64,000 nt of DNA from Tubulanus polymorphus (Eukaryota > Animalia > Nemertea): contig NC_134031.1 in assembly GCF_964204645.1 (NCBI RefSeq), positions 12,650,088 to 12,714,087 on the forward strand, read 5' to 3'. Position numbers and translations under genes: made by a program. This document shows positions 37,690 to 51,908 of the stretch, in pieces. The notes beneath the pieces are model-generated. The model was not told the origin of the DNA. It saw nothing but the letters and a program-made list of their open reading frames with translations, and did not search any database. Numbering within the stretch: position 1 is the first letter of the stretch; every line of letters starts with the position of its first letter.

Positions 37690-40600
37690 TTTATAGCCGC
37701 GTTTGTGTTATAGGTTTATAATAAGTTTGTGGAAGGTTTGAATATGATAAGATCTAAATATGGGCCAGTAGCGGTTGCTACGAAATTAGGCTATATTATC
37801 ACTGGCGTTTAATGATGTTTGGGAATAAATGGGAACAATAACGTTAGCTATAATAACTGAACCTAGTGATTGTGATTGAATTTAGGTACCGTGTACAACC
37901 TCCCAATGAAGAAACTTCTGTTTCAATGAGAATTACTTACAATCATCTATTTCCATGGAAGACTGTATTTACCAGGCAAAATTACCATGGAAAGTTGTCC
38001 AGTACAAAAAGAAAGTTATCCAGCGGTCCAGTACATACGAATTTTTGACGTAACAAATAAGCGTACCAAAGTTTATCAAAAACACCAAGTTTGCTAGACA
38101 AATATGATGGGATCATAAAGTATCAACTTGAGCGTGATTTCATTGAGAAGGTTCCTGATGATGAATTGTGTTTTTTGGACCACACGCATTATATTCCGCA
38201 CCATGCAGTGTTTCGAGATTCAGAAACTACTTCAATTAGAGTCGTTTTTGACTGGAGTTGCCGTCAGTCAAAAACGAGTTACAGTTTGAACCACTGTCTT
38301 GAATCAGGTCCGCCCCTTCTCAATGAAATCACGTCAATTCTTATGCGTTTTCGGATGTATCGTTATGGGATAGTTGCGGACGTAGAAAAGGCGTTTGTGC
38401 ACGTTGGTTTGCATGAATGCGATCGCGATTATACACGATTTTTTAGCTTAGTGACCATAACAATCCAAGAGTGAATTTGATACATACAGGTTCAAGAGAG
38501 TACTTTTTGGAGCGACATGTTCACCTTTCGTACAGAGTTAATAGTACTATATTCTATTATCTACGTAATTCTAACAATAGATTTTCAGAGAATATATTAA
38601 GAGATATATATGTTGACGATCCTAGACCAGTTTAGGAAGCATAACAGATGTAATTGAATTACATCAAGAGGCGCGATCTCTCAAAACTCAAGCTAATTTC
38701 AAATTTCGCGATTGGCCGTCTAATTGTAGTGAGCTGTGCGATTTGGCCTCACAAAATGGTGTGCTAAATACTACTAGTGTTGCTAAAAACCTAGGCCTTC
38801 TTTGGGATACAAACCGTGATTTTTTATCGTTTCCAAAGCAAAAGAGAGTTATTGGCATAGTTACAAAACGAGAGCTTTTACAAGATTCGGCTAGAGTTTA
38901 CGATCCGCTTGGTTTTTTGACACCAATTACTATCAGGTCAAAATTACTATTACAAGAACTCTGGAAGAAATCATACGATTGGGATGATTTATTACCGAGT
39001 GATATATGTGTAATATGGCGCGCTATTCAAAATGATTTGAATGACGCCTTAGATTTAGAAGTATCCCGTCAATTTTTCAAACATAATCATACAAATTTAG
39101 AACTACTTATATTTTGTGATTCTAGCAAACGAGCGTATGGAACGGTCGCATATTTGAAATTAGGGGCAGAGTCAAGTTTTATTATGTCGAAATCGGGAGT
39201 CGCGCCAGTGAAAGATATGTCAATTCCCAAATAAGAATTGATGGCTGCCACTATTGCAGCAATACTTGGATATCATATATGTACTTCTCTTTCACCGGCG
39301 GTCAGCGCTCCATTCAAAAGATTTCACTGGTGTGATAGTCAAATTGCCTTAGGTTGGCTGAAGTCAGAGAAAAAACAAACTCAATTTGTGGCAAACAGAG
39401 TCTAAGAAATTAAAACTTTATCAACTATTGATGACTGGTTTTCTTGTCCATCCAAGTCCAATCCCATGGGTATGATCACACGTGGTATGATTACCAAAGA
39501 TATGTTATCCAGTGTGTGGCTAAAGTGGCTAAAGGGTCCATCTTGGATTTTGAACAATGATCACTATGCTGTTAATTCAGATGGCGTCGACAGAAACGAC
39601 CAAGGCTCTGAAGTTCAATCATTGTTAATAAGTGATGATATTTCTAACCAAGTGATATTTCTAATCAACCCAGATGATTATAGTTCGATCGTGAAATTAG
39701 TGACTGTCCCAGTTTTGGTGAATAGATTTGTCAATAATCTCAGAAACAAAAGGGAGAATCGGAATCTTGGTTCTTTGTCATCCGCTGAGATTGAAAAAGC
39801 TGAAACCTTTTTAATCAAGAGATGCCAATCGTTATATTATAATGAAATATTGTCTATCTTACAAGGGAAGATTAAGAAACCATCAACATTGATTCGATCG
39901 CTACAACTATTTCTTGATGATGCAGGCACAATAAGGTGCAAGGGTAGATTAGATAATACTGATTTGAATCGTGATTGTCGAAATCTGATATTGATACCTA
40001 AACAGAGTGCCCTTTCACGCTTGATTATTGCAGGCGCTCATCTTAATGTTATGCATTTTGAGGTGAATGCTACGGTTTCCAAGATTCGTGAACATTTCTG
40101 GATTCCCCAGATTCGCCAAATGGTTGAGTCACAAGTACGTAGGTGTGTAACTTGTCATAGGGCGGCTGGTAGATCGTTTCAATTGCCGGCCCCGCCTCCT
40201 CTACCTCGTTCAGGGATGAGAATTCCCCGTGCATCCGCGGTTTCACTCGGATTTCGGTATTGAAAAATATCAATTTTCCAAATAGTCCAAAAATGATGTA
40301 TAAGTATGGGCGGGGGGGGGGGGGGGTGATGATCTCACTCAATTGGTCTGGCGGGATCGGTAATCAGGTGAACTGTAAAAGCGTTCAGTGCCTGTTTTCG
40401 TATAACTTCTTTACCATACCTCGAGTCTAAAGAAGATCCAGAGTATCTACCACATACTGTAGAGTCCGATATGCAAAGATGTTTCAAGTTTATGAAATCG
40501 GTAAAAGAACGATTTTGGAGTGTTTGGAAAAAGGATTATTTATTGAATTGAATTGAAGAGAATCACATAGGTCATCAGGGCTCGGACTGTGACCAGTCTC

Positions 40601-40905
40601 TTAGACCAGGCTATGTCTCTTAGACCAGGCTATGTGGTCGTGATCCACGATGAGTGTCCAAGATATAGATGGAAATTAGGTGTCATAACAGAGTTGTTGC
40701 GCGGGGAGGGTGGCTTAGTGAGATCGGTACTTTTGAAAACTGCGAATGGAAATGCGAATCGTCCTATTTCAAAGTTATACCCACTAGAGGTTTTCTCTGA
40801 CGCGACTGAATTACCAACGAGTAAAGTCTGAAAATGTCTCTGTAGTCCGTCCTCAACGTGCAGCAGCTATGGAGGCTAATGAAAGGCTAAAAACACATTT
40901 TTAAG
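37690..40905 (+). mobile_element. BEL/Pao LTR retrotransposon pol (pseudogenised: RT, RNase H, integrase zinc finger, C-terminal DUF5641-like region)
   Basis: YIPHHAVFR...RVVFD...SLNHCLESGP...ADVEKAF; YVDD at ~38608; FCDSSKRAYGTVAYL; H..H..CVTC; WKLGVITELLRGEGGLVRSV...RPISKLYPLE. Contains stops and frameshifts; the integrase core is replaced by a family G fragment at 40211-40398. LTRs were not recognised. Confidence 0.93.
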
Positions 40906-42303
40906 ATCGATAATTTGATTGTGTAATTGTTTTTTTTCTCTATTCCTACAATTATCATTGTAATATTTTTATGAGATTGCAATGTAATTTATTTTAGTTT
41001 TGGAACGTTGAATTTAATCTAGAAGTCTTGTATGTCCTTTCAAGTTGGTGGCGGGAGTGACATGATAATCCAGTACCGGTACCTAAATGCTTTATATTCT
41101 GTACTTGTAATACTGGCTTTAAAATGTTTGCTTTATATTTGTACATGTACTTGTAATATATCAGTTCAGTGTGCATGTCTGTGACTATTTTTGTTCCTTG
41201 TATAAATGTGATCCTTGATAAGCAATAATTGCACTTTTATACTGAAATCCGACTTGTACATACAGTCCTTGGTTGTTCCTGTCGACAATGTGCTTGACAT
41301 TGGAATCAGCATCATACCCATGTGAACTGCAAAATATTCATACAACATGAAAACCTACTGTACATGTGTACAGTAATCAAACTTTCACCGGTTTTGGATG
41401 TTTGTATGTACGTTAGGCTTATTTAAGTATTCTAAAGCAGGAAATAATAAGCCCAATCAATAGGCCCTATTCCCATTGGTACAATTGTATAATGCGTACA
41501 GCTGTTCCGTACACTTATCAGTCAAGATTGGAGAAATCAGTATACCAACCTACGTACAGCTAAATGTACAGGCCTAGAATGATTTCTGGTATACAAGCCG
41601 TGACCACATGAACGTTTTGGATCTAGGTTTGATTATTAATGTCAGCAGGTCAGAGAAGGCCTGTTAAATTTAGAGTTAAATTTAATCACATGGGTCAAAT
41701 CATTTAGCCTTTCTGTGTGTGAATACTTCACTGTATTGTTTTGATGATATTGAGTGAATAGTGCATAGACTGAATTAGACTTCTAGTCCTGACCAAATCC
41801 TATCCATGTAACGGTACCAGTTATAGTAACATTAGTGTAGGGCCGACGAGAGGGAATTTGTGTTTGTAGTACGTAGGCATGGTAGGCTTATCGTATTCAC
41901 TTAATACTTAATACCTAAAACGCTGTTGTTACCCGTACGAGACTGTACGGTGATTTCCACAGGTTAGCCGTATAGGCCTATGAGTACATTGATGCTCTGA
42001 CTTGCAATATTGGGATTCGAACCAAACCCACTCAGGTATAATACACTACCATACAGTGATACAGTAGTGTGAGTCACACGCTATGTAAAGCCTAATGTAT
42101 TAAGCGCTGCTATGAGCGCGCATATATGAATACATCGATTTAAATGAAGCAGTGTCAAAATGAAAGAAGTTTTTTTCATTAAATAACTTTATTTATCATG
42201 AATAATTATTCAAACTGTTATAGCAGTGAGAAGATGAACACTGTTTTTTTTGTCTGGTAGAATCAATATTTCTTGTGACCTGAAAATACTTAGTAGAAAG
42301 CTG

Positions 42304-42387
42304 TACTCGGCGTATAAGTCGAGGTCAATAATTTAGTGGTAAAATCAAGGATCAAAAACTCGACTTATACGCCGGTTTTTACGGTAT
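42304..42387. mobile_element. Tc1/mariner-superfamily (pogo/Tc2-like) MITE remnant
   Basis: CGGCGTATAAGTCGAG / CTCGACTTATACGCCG inverted pair, ending TTTTTACGG|TA. Confidence 0.55.
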
Positions 42388-42389
42388 TC

Positions 42390-45300
42390 TTATCGATTAA
42401 ACGATTGTTCGAACAAAAAACCTTTCGTTTGGACAAAAAAAGTTTGTTGGAGCAGACACAACGTCGTTGTAATGAATTTTTTCAAATCGAACGGAATATT
42501 ATTGGCTCGAACAAAAATTTTTTTGCTCTGACGAAAAAAGTTTTGAGCGAAAAGTCTTTTGAGCGAAAAAAGAGGTTTCTAGGGCACCGCAGTAACTTCA
42601 GGCCGGACGTAGGTCAGACTTGCGTGGGCCCAAGTGTGGGCGCAAGTCGGTTGCGACACGATTGTCAGCGACTGTGTGCGACTAGTTTCTGCCAGTTGCA
42701 AAAGCGCGTAGGTCGCTTGCCACAGGCATGTCACGTCGCGTCGCAGAAGGTAGAAGGATGATGAAAAAACTCAAATGAAAAGTCTGGCTTATAAAGCTGT
42801 CTGCTCAGAAGAAATTTAAAAAAAAACTTCATTTCTGCCTATAAAATTGATAGTTGTGTTTGATCATTGCAAGTCAAAACCAGTAAATCACTAATTAACA
42901 TGCATTTTGATAAACCTGATTCCTCCTTTACAGTGAACTTAGCTTTTACCTCGTAGAGGCTACTAGCCTATGTAGGCCTATGTATATGCCTAGGCCTAAA
43001 ATCCGGACAGATTGGTCGTAGGCCTATTGAATTTCAACCCTAAACATATACATATTATACACTTAATTCGACAGAGATAGGTCTCTGGGGTATTCAATTC
43101 GTAAAATCGATATACGCTTCACATTGTGTCGCAAGTGTGGGCGCAAGTCGGGTGCGACACGATTTTCAGCAACTGTGTGCGACTAGTTTCTGCCAGTTGC
43201 AAGAGCGCGTAGGTCGTTTGCCACAGTCGTGTTGCGTCGCGTCACAGAAAGTAGAACATGTGCGACTCCTTGACGCAATCGTCACTGGCGTTCGCAGTGA
43301 CATGAAAATACCAGTTTCATCAATGATGAAAAAACTCAAGGGGAAAGTCTGGCTTATAAAGCTATCTGCTAAGACGAATTTTTTTTTAAATCTTCATTTT
43401 GCCAATAAAATTAATAATTGTGATTGATTATTGCAAGTCAGAACCAGTTAATCACTAATTAACATGCATTTTTATAAATCTGATTCCTCCTTTACAGTGA
43501 ACTTCGCTTTAACCTCATAGAGGCTACTAGTCTATGTTGGCCTATGTATGCGTAGGCCTAAAATCCGGACAGATTGGTTGTAGGCCTATTGAATTTCAAC
43601 CCTCCTAAGCATCATATAGACCTTATTCAACGGTGATAGGTCTCTGGATTATTCAATTTGTAAAATCGATATCATTTACGGATTATGAAGAAAGAAATAT
43701 TTTGTGCATCGTAGCAATCTTGCCGGAATTTTATTTCAAATTTTGTTTTGAAATTCAATCCAATGAGTACATTAATAAACGCAACAATTATACTGTGTTT
43801 GTTTGAGACAGTAAAGCTCAGTACCGGTAGGCCTAAAGCCTCAAGGTCCCGTACAACTCGATAAACACTTCAAGCGACACAGCAAACAATCTTCTTGAGT
43901 GTGTTCTATACTTGTATTTAGTAAATACCTTGATAAATACAATGATCGGTATGTACTGTAGGAAATATAGAGTATTGATTAATGGTTGAAGCCTGCGGCC
44001 GAAAGGAAATAATATATTCTTTTATTTTGATACCTCATGGACACAACAGCTTTTCTCCGCTACATCTCTTCGGCGTGTTTAGTTTAGGCCTACAACTCCC
44101 CGGTACTCTAATGATTTATCCTAGTAAATACACGGTAAATTTGGTAAAGAAAAATAGGTATTTTTAACTAACTATTTGAAGCCCTCGGCCATATCACTGA
44201 TAGTAATAAATTTATTTGTACTTGATTTGATTGTGATGATGAGGAGAAACTCACAGCTGATCCCCGGAATGACGATGAAGAGACACACGTCGATTCGTCG
44301 ATGTTTACAGCTCGACAGAGCTTTTAAATTCTGGAGCAGTAAATTTCCTATGTATTGGTGATATGATTTGATGAGGAAAATGGGTAATTGTTAAAAATTA
44401 CTGTTTGAAAAATGCGGCTGAATGTGAAGTCTTGCAGCAATAAATTTGTTTATTTACACTTGAATTGATATACGAAGTGACGTGCAGCCTCCTGTGGATT
44501 TCGGGATGACGACTCAGAAAAACATGACGCCTCATTGAATGGGGCCAAATTTTCGATGTTTACGGCCCGACAGTGCTTTTGTAACGTTGATTCATGGTAA
44601 TACACGAGTATTTGTAGATCTCCTTGCGCATTTGATCCATAATTTCGTTAATACTACTGGTAGGTTAGTCTACTTTTATGCATCAATTTGTTAAGTGAGG
44701 AATTTGCATTCAGAAATAAACAACGATTTTTAGAAAAAGTTTTTTTTTTGTTTTCATTTATTAGTGACAATTTACATATTGTTCATATGTTTGAACTATA
44801 ACAACTTTGAAAACGACCTTAACAACGTATATTCAATGAACATTAATTTACTTTAATCACAAAGAGGGAATTATAGGTAACAAAATTATTGCATTGTCAG
44901 GATTCGAACACAATGTGGCATCGACATCTTTGAAGCGATTAAGGTAATGTTGAGTTCATCTGCCAAACGGAAGATGGTACAAAATGGTGGCGATAGATGA
45001 AACAAAAACAGGAAATGACGGATCGGGACTTATATCAGTCCGATTACGTGATTTGCGAAAACAAAATTGCGGCTTTTTGAATCGCTCATATATGAATCAG
45101 ATAGCGAGAATTGACGTTTCCGGACTAATGTGAGTTCGAATCCGTGATTTAAGGTTGAGTTAACGCTCAAGGTCATCCGGTAAATTTTAGGCTTTTTGGG
45201 GTGCACTTCAATGGATGACGATTCTTTGGGTTATTCTTGTCGCTGTTTAGACCCGGTAATTATGCGGGATTAATTCATTATATATTACTATTCGCAAATT

Positions 45301-45483
45301 CGAAATGGTCAGGCGCTGAGTTATATTTCTGACAGAATTACGTTTATAAGCTGTTGGTAGTTCAATCTGAGAGGAGTTACATTTTATGAAAAATTTTTGG
45401 CTGGAAAGTGGAAAATTTATAATAATAATAATAATCAACAGAATTACAGAGGGTTTCTGCGAAAGCAGCAGAAACCCTAATAA
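42390..45483 (-). mobile_element. 5' and central portion of HINE-F, with an internal ~550-bp duplication
   Basis: Minus-strand start TTATTAGGGTTTCTGCTGCTTTCGCAGAAACCC hairpin plus (ATT)n; its subTIR complements the GCAGAAAACCC of the 3' ends at 11584, 34642 and 57318. Modules D and E follow; 42630-43120 is duplicated at 43130-43670. Confidence 0.65.
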
Positions 45484-48371
45484 ACAAACCACACAAAGCG
45501 TCTTAATGACATTATATGCGTGGTACATAAAAAGTACTGATGTCCTTTGTTTTGTGCTTTCATAGTTCCGTTGGGAGTTGCATGAACTAATCTTACCCGT
45601 TGGTGTGTGGCACTTATGTGTATGAGTACTTATACCATGTTTTTGATGTGATCCAGTTTTGAAACTGAACTAAACCACGTGTACTCAATAAACCTTAATT
45701 GATTTCAACATGCATTCATGAAGCATTTTGATTATATCACATCGATCACTAAAGATCTTGATTTGCTCTATTAAGAACTCAATCTTAATCTGATAAGTTG
45801 ACATGCTGAACAAAATAACAGAGATAAGAATATGTCAATGTTAAGTCGATAAAAGACATAAAATGTTTTATTGAAAATTTTCAATACAAAAATATGTATG
45901 TTGTAGATCGCCGATAAAGCACTATTATCAATATCATTATAAATCAAATTCATTCTGCTCCTGGGCCGCTGTTGATACTAGATTTTAAGGACTTCTAAGT
46001 CCATATTACAAAAAACAATGATGGGCAACAAACCTAGTGAAAGTTTATGTAGCTGAATAAACCATCAACCTACCTTAAATGCACATAAATCCAATTAACT
46101 GGATGGTAACTATTGAACCTGCATGAATTTGTAATCCAAAGTAGTTTTTGATGAATGTAGTAACTCAAAACATTTGACAAGTTGCCTCATCGAAACATAG
46201 TTCAAGTGAACAAAAATGACGGATGTGGTTGTGTTCTTTTGGGAAATTATTGATTCATACTTGGGGGCTGATGCCAATGATTGATTTATTTGCAGATTTT
46301 TTTCTTATTTCAAATTTGATAGATGCAAATCATTCAAATATACATGTTCTAATTGATAATAATTTAGGATCGAAGAATAGATAATTTCATTTAATCAATT
46401 CATTCTGTATTTGACATCCCAAAATGAAACTAAATTCAAATCAAATCAATAATGTCGGCAAAAATTGGTACCTTTCATTTTTAGCATCTTTTCGACGTCT
46501 ATGACGTCATGCCATAATGGATTGAAAGTCGTTGTTTAACTGATTTTCAACAACAGTTACAAAATAACTTTCACAATTTGATGAATATTTCCCCGAAACC
46601 AGATAGATTGTGCCATCAATCCTGCCGCAGGCTGTCAGGGAAAGCGCTGTGGAAGAGCTATATTGCAGGAATGGGTGAATAATATATATCAAGTAATGTA
46701 GTCTTCTATATAATTTCATTAAAATCATTAACTGAACTCATTTTGGTGTAAATACACCAATAGTTGGTGCCCGATTACTATATAAATGGAGTGAATTTAA
46801 TGATATGGTTGCCAGAGCTAAGGCCCTTACTGCAGAACTGAGCATATCATAAAAATCATTCATTTAAGCATTATCAATTCTCCAAATCATTTGGAGCTGA
46901 ATTTTCAAAAAGTGCCTCCTTAAAATTGATATGAGCTTTTTCGTGAATTTCTGAATGCAAAAATTTTGGTTTTAAAAAGCCAATCAGAAAGCAAAGACTC
47001 CTCTATGATTTGCTTAGCCCCAGAAATCAGGTGTTCACGTGAACCCACAGTATAGTCTACTATTTTACTGCCACGTTTTATTTAAAGATTTACAATTGAA
47101 TTTCAACTTCAATTTATGGGAAACCTTTAGATTTGGTTTTTGGGGGGAATTTACTTGCACTACAGAAAATATCCGACAATCATGCCAAGTCCCGGAAAAA
47201 TAGAAGTTTTTCTCAATTCGGATGGGTGCTAATTAGCCATGTGCTCAAACTGCAAACTCACTCAAATTTTATTCTGCAAAAAAATCAAATCCAATTCAAT
47301 GTTACTTTATTGAACAGATATAACGTCAACCTAATATTTTTTTTCATCAACCTCTATTTTTTGATTCAGAAAATATCAGAAAATCCAAATTTAATTCTAT
47401 TCAGCATTCAAATCAATAAGACCTCTTGTTTAACTATGGCTGCCCATCGAGTGCACAATCTCAGGAAGTCGCTCGAAGATGCGAAGCACATTGTGTACTC
47501 ATTACAAAAATCATATGTAAACATCGCAGTTTTTACTTTTCATTGAACAAGCCGATATTGCTGATATTTTGGTCTGAACTCATATATATGATTGTCAAGT
47601 TCAATGGAGCAAAATTACGATTAAGTAACATGTTTGGAACTTAAATGTTCAATCAGGATCAATTCTGATGAATATGAAACGGAAAATAGGCAATTGATTG
47701 ACAGGATGATAAAACAAGAAAAAGGTCAGTTTTTGGCATCAATCCAACATGCCAAAAATAATGTATGTTTTGGAGTTAGAAATATGCTGATGCTGGTTGC
47801 TAAACACATTATCCAGGTTGCTCAGGGTCATAGTGTAATTGGTTTAATCTTGAATCGAGAGATATGAACTTTCAAGAAATTTTTTTCTGCGTGAATGTAA
47901 ATTGTGCAATGAAAAGTGTGGTTCTATCACTCACATTTTTGGTTTACCTTTGTCAGCGATATGATGTTGGCATTGAGCCAATTCATGTAAAATCGCGGTA
48001 CGTTTTTTTATGTGAGCATTTGTTTCATTGGTTCTCGGCTTAAAAGACGCATAATCGATGCGATTGAAGACATGGCGAACCTCCGTCGATGACATGGTCA
48101 ACTGAGTTAAAATTCTACGAAAAACTGTTTTTGGCGGGAAAATTCTTAGCTCTCGCGTATAAAATTGCAATGACCTCGATTGGGGGGGCGTTGTCTCTAC
48201 GAACAAATGGGATTGTTTTTTGGATATACGGGGAATTCCGGCGCTACTAAAATTATGGGAAAGCCATAGAATGGTGTACGTTTCATTGGACTAGGTGCCG
48301 TATACGTGCCGATTTCAAATGCTCATTGCTGGTGAGGATGTAATTATTTCACTCATCTGCCATAGGTATTG

Positions 48372-49159
48372 CACAGGGGTTTGGCGATGGGCTTGGATTT
48401 TATTTCCGGGTTGTTGATAATCTCGCGAGAATGGCGCTAAATATGAACTGCGAATAAATTCAAAATATCACGGAAATACCTTGTGTTTATATTGTTTATT
48501 TATCCGCTATAAAGTTCTGATAAACAATTGGTCGTTAAGAATCATTATCAGACGGTCGTCATGCTTTACTATATAAAATCACAAGGGATGAAACGCCAGG
48601 CCTCCGCTGTACTTAAATTTTCAGCCAGAAAGTTGGGACAGTCACGTGACATTCTGATGACGTCATCGCATTTAAAACTTCAACACGAAAAGTTAACATA
48701 TTCACAGACCGATATCAATTGTCAGATTATGATTCATATGAAATAAATAACTTACAAGGAATAAATTATGACGAAATATATAATTCATAGTAAAAAAATG
48801 CATTTGAATGTAAGTTATTCTCAAATATTTTTCGTATCATAGTTTCCATCTTATATGCTTCAGGTTCGCGTTCAGTCAAATAAGAAGCGTTAAGTCACGT
48901 GACTGTCCCAACGTTCTGGCTGGCACAACTCTGAAGGCGTTTCATCCCTTGTTCTTTTATATAGTAGCGTGACGACCGTCTGATAATGATTCTTAACGAC
49001 CAATTGTTTATCGAAACTTTATAGCGGATAAATAAACAATATAAACACAAGGTATTTCCGTGATATTTTGAATTTATTCGCAATTCATATTTAGCGCCAT
49101 TCTCGCGAGATTATCAACAACCCGGAAATAAAATCCAAGCCCATCGCCAAACCCCTGTG
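48372..49159. mobile_element. Foldback MITE, ~270-bp TIRs, CACAG termini, 8-bp TSD
   Basis: TSD AGGTATTG at 48364-48371 and 49160-49167; empty site at ~26992. Confidence 0.92.
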
Positions 49160-49610
49160 AGGTATTGTTTCATTTTAATACCCGGTGATTGTTTTGATTG
49201 ACATTGAGGTGTAAGCGAATATTCACTTACACGAGGCCTCCACATGCACGCGGAGTGCTACACCACACACACACACACGCACACAAGCTCGTACAGTACA
49301 CTACGGTGATGCTGTAACGCGTGAACGTTTGATATGAAAATAGGCTGAATAATCATAGCAGAAGATGAGCGCTGTGTTTTCTGTTCGATAGAATTTGTAA
49401 TAAATTGTAATACCTTGTGACCTGAAAATACTAAGCAGCAAACTAAAAGGTCTGTCGAGGTCTGAATATTGTAGTGGTAAATTCCAGGACTTAAAACGAT
49501 CTAATAGCCGATTTCTTCTGTACCACCGATATTTTAGCTTCCGTGGCCAACATTGGAAGAGGTTTCCAAGACCCAATATTCAGCCACCCTCTGATATGTG
49601 ATGAATTTTA

Positions 49611-50177
49611 GGCCATCCCAAAATAATGGTCTGTTTGCCGTAACCCGACCAACCTGACTTCAGAGGTACCGAGTGAAAACTTTTTTCTAGGATTCATTGA
49701 AATAAATTTTATTTTTGATAAAAACAGCCGACCGACTATGAGCTACGTATGTTTGAATTCTAGTGTGCATGGTGTGAAAACATGCCTTGACATGTGGCCT
49801 AGTTTAAGTTTCCAGGAAACTGGCAGTGTTCCAATAAGCTGCCATTCATTCTAATAGTGACTAAAGTGACTGAATAGCTGGTAACGTGAAAGCGCGCACA
49901 TATTCAATGTACCGTTTCATTTTTAAGACAGAGATGACGCTCTGGACGAAGTTATAATTTTAGAATAATTCTTGAAATCTACGCTATTAGACAAATTTCC
50001 TGTGCGCAACGTAGATGATTTTTTGCGATATTGTTTCCATGTAAAAAAGCCCAAAGGTGAAAAATTTGTTTTTTTTTGCCCAAAAATGTTGCAAAAAAAA
50101 AATTCTACCTACCTACCGACTCATCCTGAAAAGTTGAGTCGGTGTTGCAGCAAACAGACAATTATTTTGGGATGGCC
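49611..50177. mobile_element. MITE with GGCC termini and TTA TSD (Zator- or PIF/Harbinger-like)
   Basis: TTA|GGCCATCCCAAAATAAT ... ATTATTTTGGGATGGCC|TTA; empty site GAATTTTATTTG at ~27446. Confidence 0.88.
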
Positions 50178-51908
50178 TTATTTGAATATTTTTTCATATT
50201 ATATTAAACATATTTTTTTGAAAATATAAAATAGTTTCCCTGCCGTGCCTACCTGTACCCTACAAACTTTTAGACGTGGACCGCAAACAAATGTATATCT
50301 TTGGTCTTATTTGACTACAAAATAATTCTTTAGGAAAGATAAAATACAATATAAACTGTGGATCTTTGAAGTCACGAATTAAAAAGATTTTTCAAGCAAT
50401 GCCCTTACTCCAAACAACCTCTAGCTTTCAAGGTAAACCACACTTTGCCCATGGGCTATTTATTTACTGTACCACAGTATAATCTAGCAATGCTTCAAGG
50501 CCTATGGGCCTCTTGTTATACAAATTAGGTAGCCTAGTTATACGAATTAACCGACGACAAATTAAGCATGGTTGACCGTATTTAGAAACGATTGTTTTTA
50601 CATAGTAGCTGAAATAGGCCTGCCTTTTTTGGGAAAGATGGCTCATCGGTATTATGAAAATTCTATATGAAAATGTTAGACACTGGTGACTGCATACCAC
50701 GCAGCAAAGCTGTGTTATGAAAGTCACAGGTGACCGTGTATCACGTAACAAAAGGGTCTGAGTAGAGGAAATTTTTCTGCTGATTATCAGGTTCTGTTCA
50801 ATACGTACATGACAATACCCAACTACCAAAAAACGTCATCATTTAGAATTAAAATATGGAAAATATTACTGCCTACCATATTATGTATGATAATCAGATT
50901 GGATCATTTGCTGAGTGTACTTACGAACGAATCGCAGGCAATTGGGTCGCATCTGAGGGTGACCTTATTTAGGCATTATATCAGTACCCAGGAAGAAAGA
51001 CACTCTAAATATTTGGATGGATATATAAAAAGCTGTGGGTACTGGAGTGTGTAATGGGTAGTGTAGTGTGATCTGTGTGCATTTGTGGCCAGCACACAGA
51101 TCACATTGTTCAATGGGGTTTGGTCCAGGACTCGCAAGATTTTCAACAACACGGAAGTAACGTGTAATACATGATGACTTGAATTGCATGACTACCTACC
51201 ACCCCTCATTATTGTTGGAAAACTAAACGTTCGGCACTGACTAAAAATTGGTAATAACATTTTAGAAATGGCCAGAATTTTAACTTAGGTTCTATCTCAT
51301 TTTTATTTTACAATTGCGATTGGTATAATTTTTTTTTAAACGGCCGTTAAGGCTTCATGTTTCGTCTGCAATTCACTGCAAATAGTTACTCAACTACGCA
51401 CATTTCAGTGTTTTTGCCAGCTGTACCCTCAATCGGCACCGTTTGTGACTAGCTTCACTGCGGAATTATCATTAATTAACATCGCCATATCACATCATCG
51501 ACTTATATTGTGCCTTAAAACCCTAACAGCCGAAATAATATAAATGCACACACGATTTCTATCATTGAAAATTGAGAGAGTGGCCATGTTTGTGTTTGCT
51601 GCTTCGCGTAAATCCCGCGCGGTGGCGCAACCGCGCGGAGTGCGGCCGATACGTCTAGGCCTATTTTGTAACCGCTGCCAATTGCAAATTTTTAGCTCAT
51701 GACATGGTCTTTGACTGACAGCTTTTAGGGCCATTGGTTTTGGCGTATGTTTACGAGGGGTGTTGAATTGCGGAATAGTGTGCAGTGAAATGATAAATGA
51801 TTGATCAATTAAATTGAATTGACAGGAATGAGTTCCATGTCTGACCAAACATGGACAAAATATTGATTTTTATGTTAATTTATAAGAACTTAATCTTGGT
51901 TATTTTAG

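Larger units (their letters stand above)
47936..50464 (+). mobile_element. HINE-B copy 2 (contains two MITE insertions)
   Basis: Same termini and body as 25331-27738. Confidence 0.85.
13499..51908 (+). other. AGXT intron 1 (38,410 bp, GT-AG), filled with nested transposable elements
   Basis: GT at 13499 and AG at 51907-51908; joining the two exons gives a continuous AGT sequence (...HPEMLK|IMDDIK...). Confidence 0.88.

Noticed and set aside
38091-40831. Intact, active retrotransposon
   Set aside because: Multiple stops and frameshifts, integrase core missing, and no LTR pair identified.
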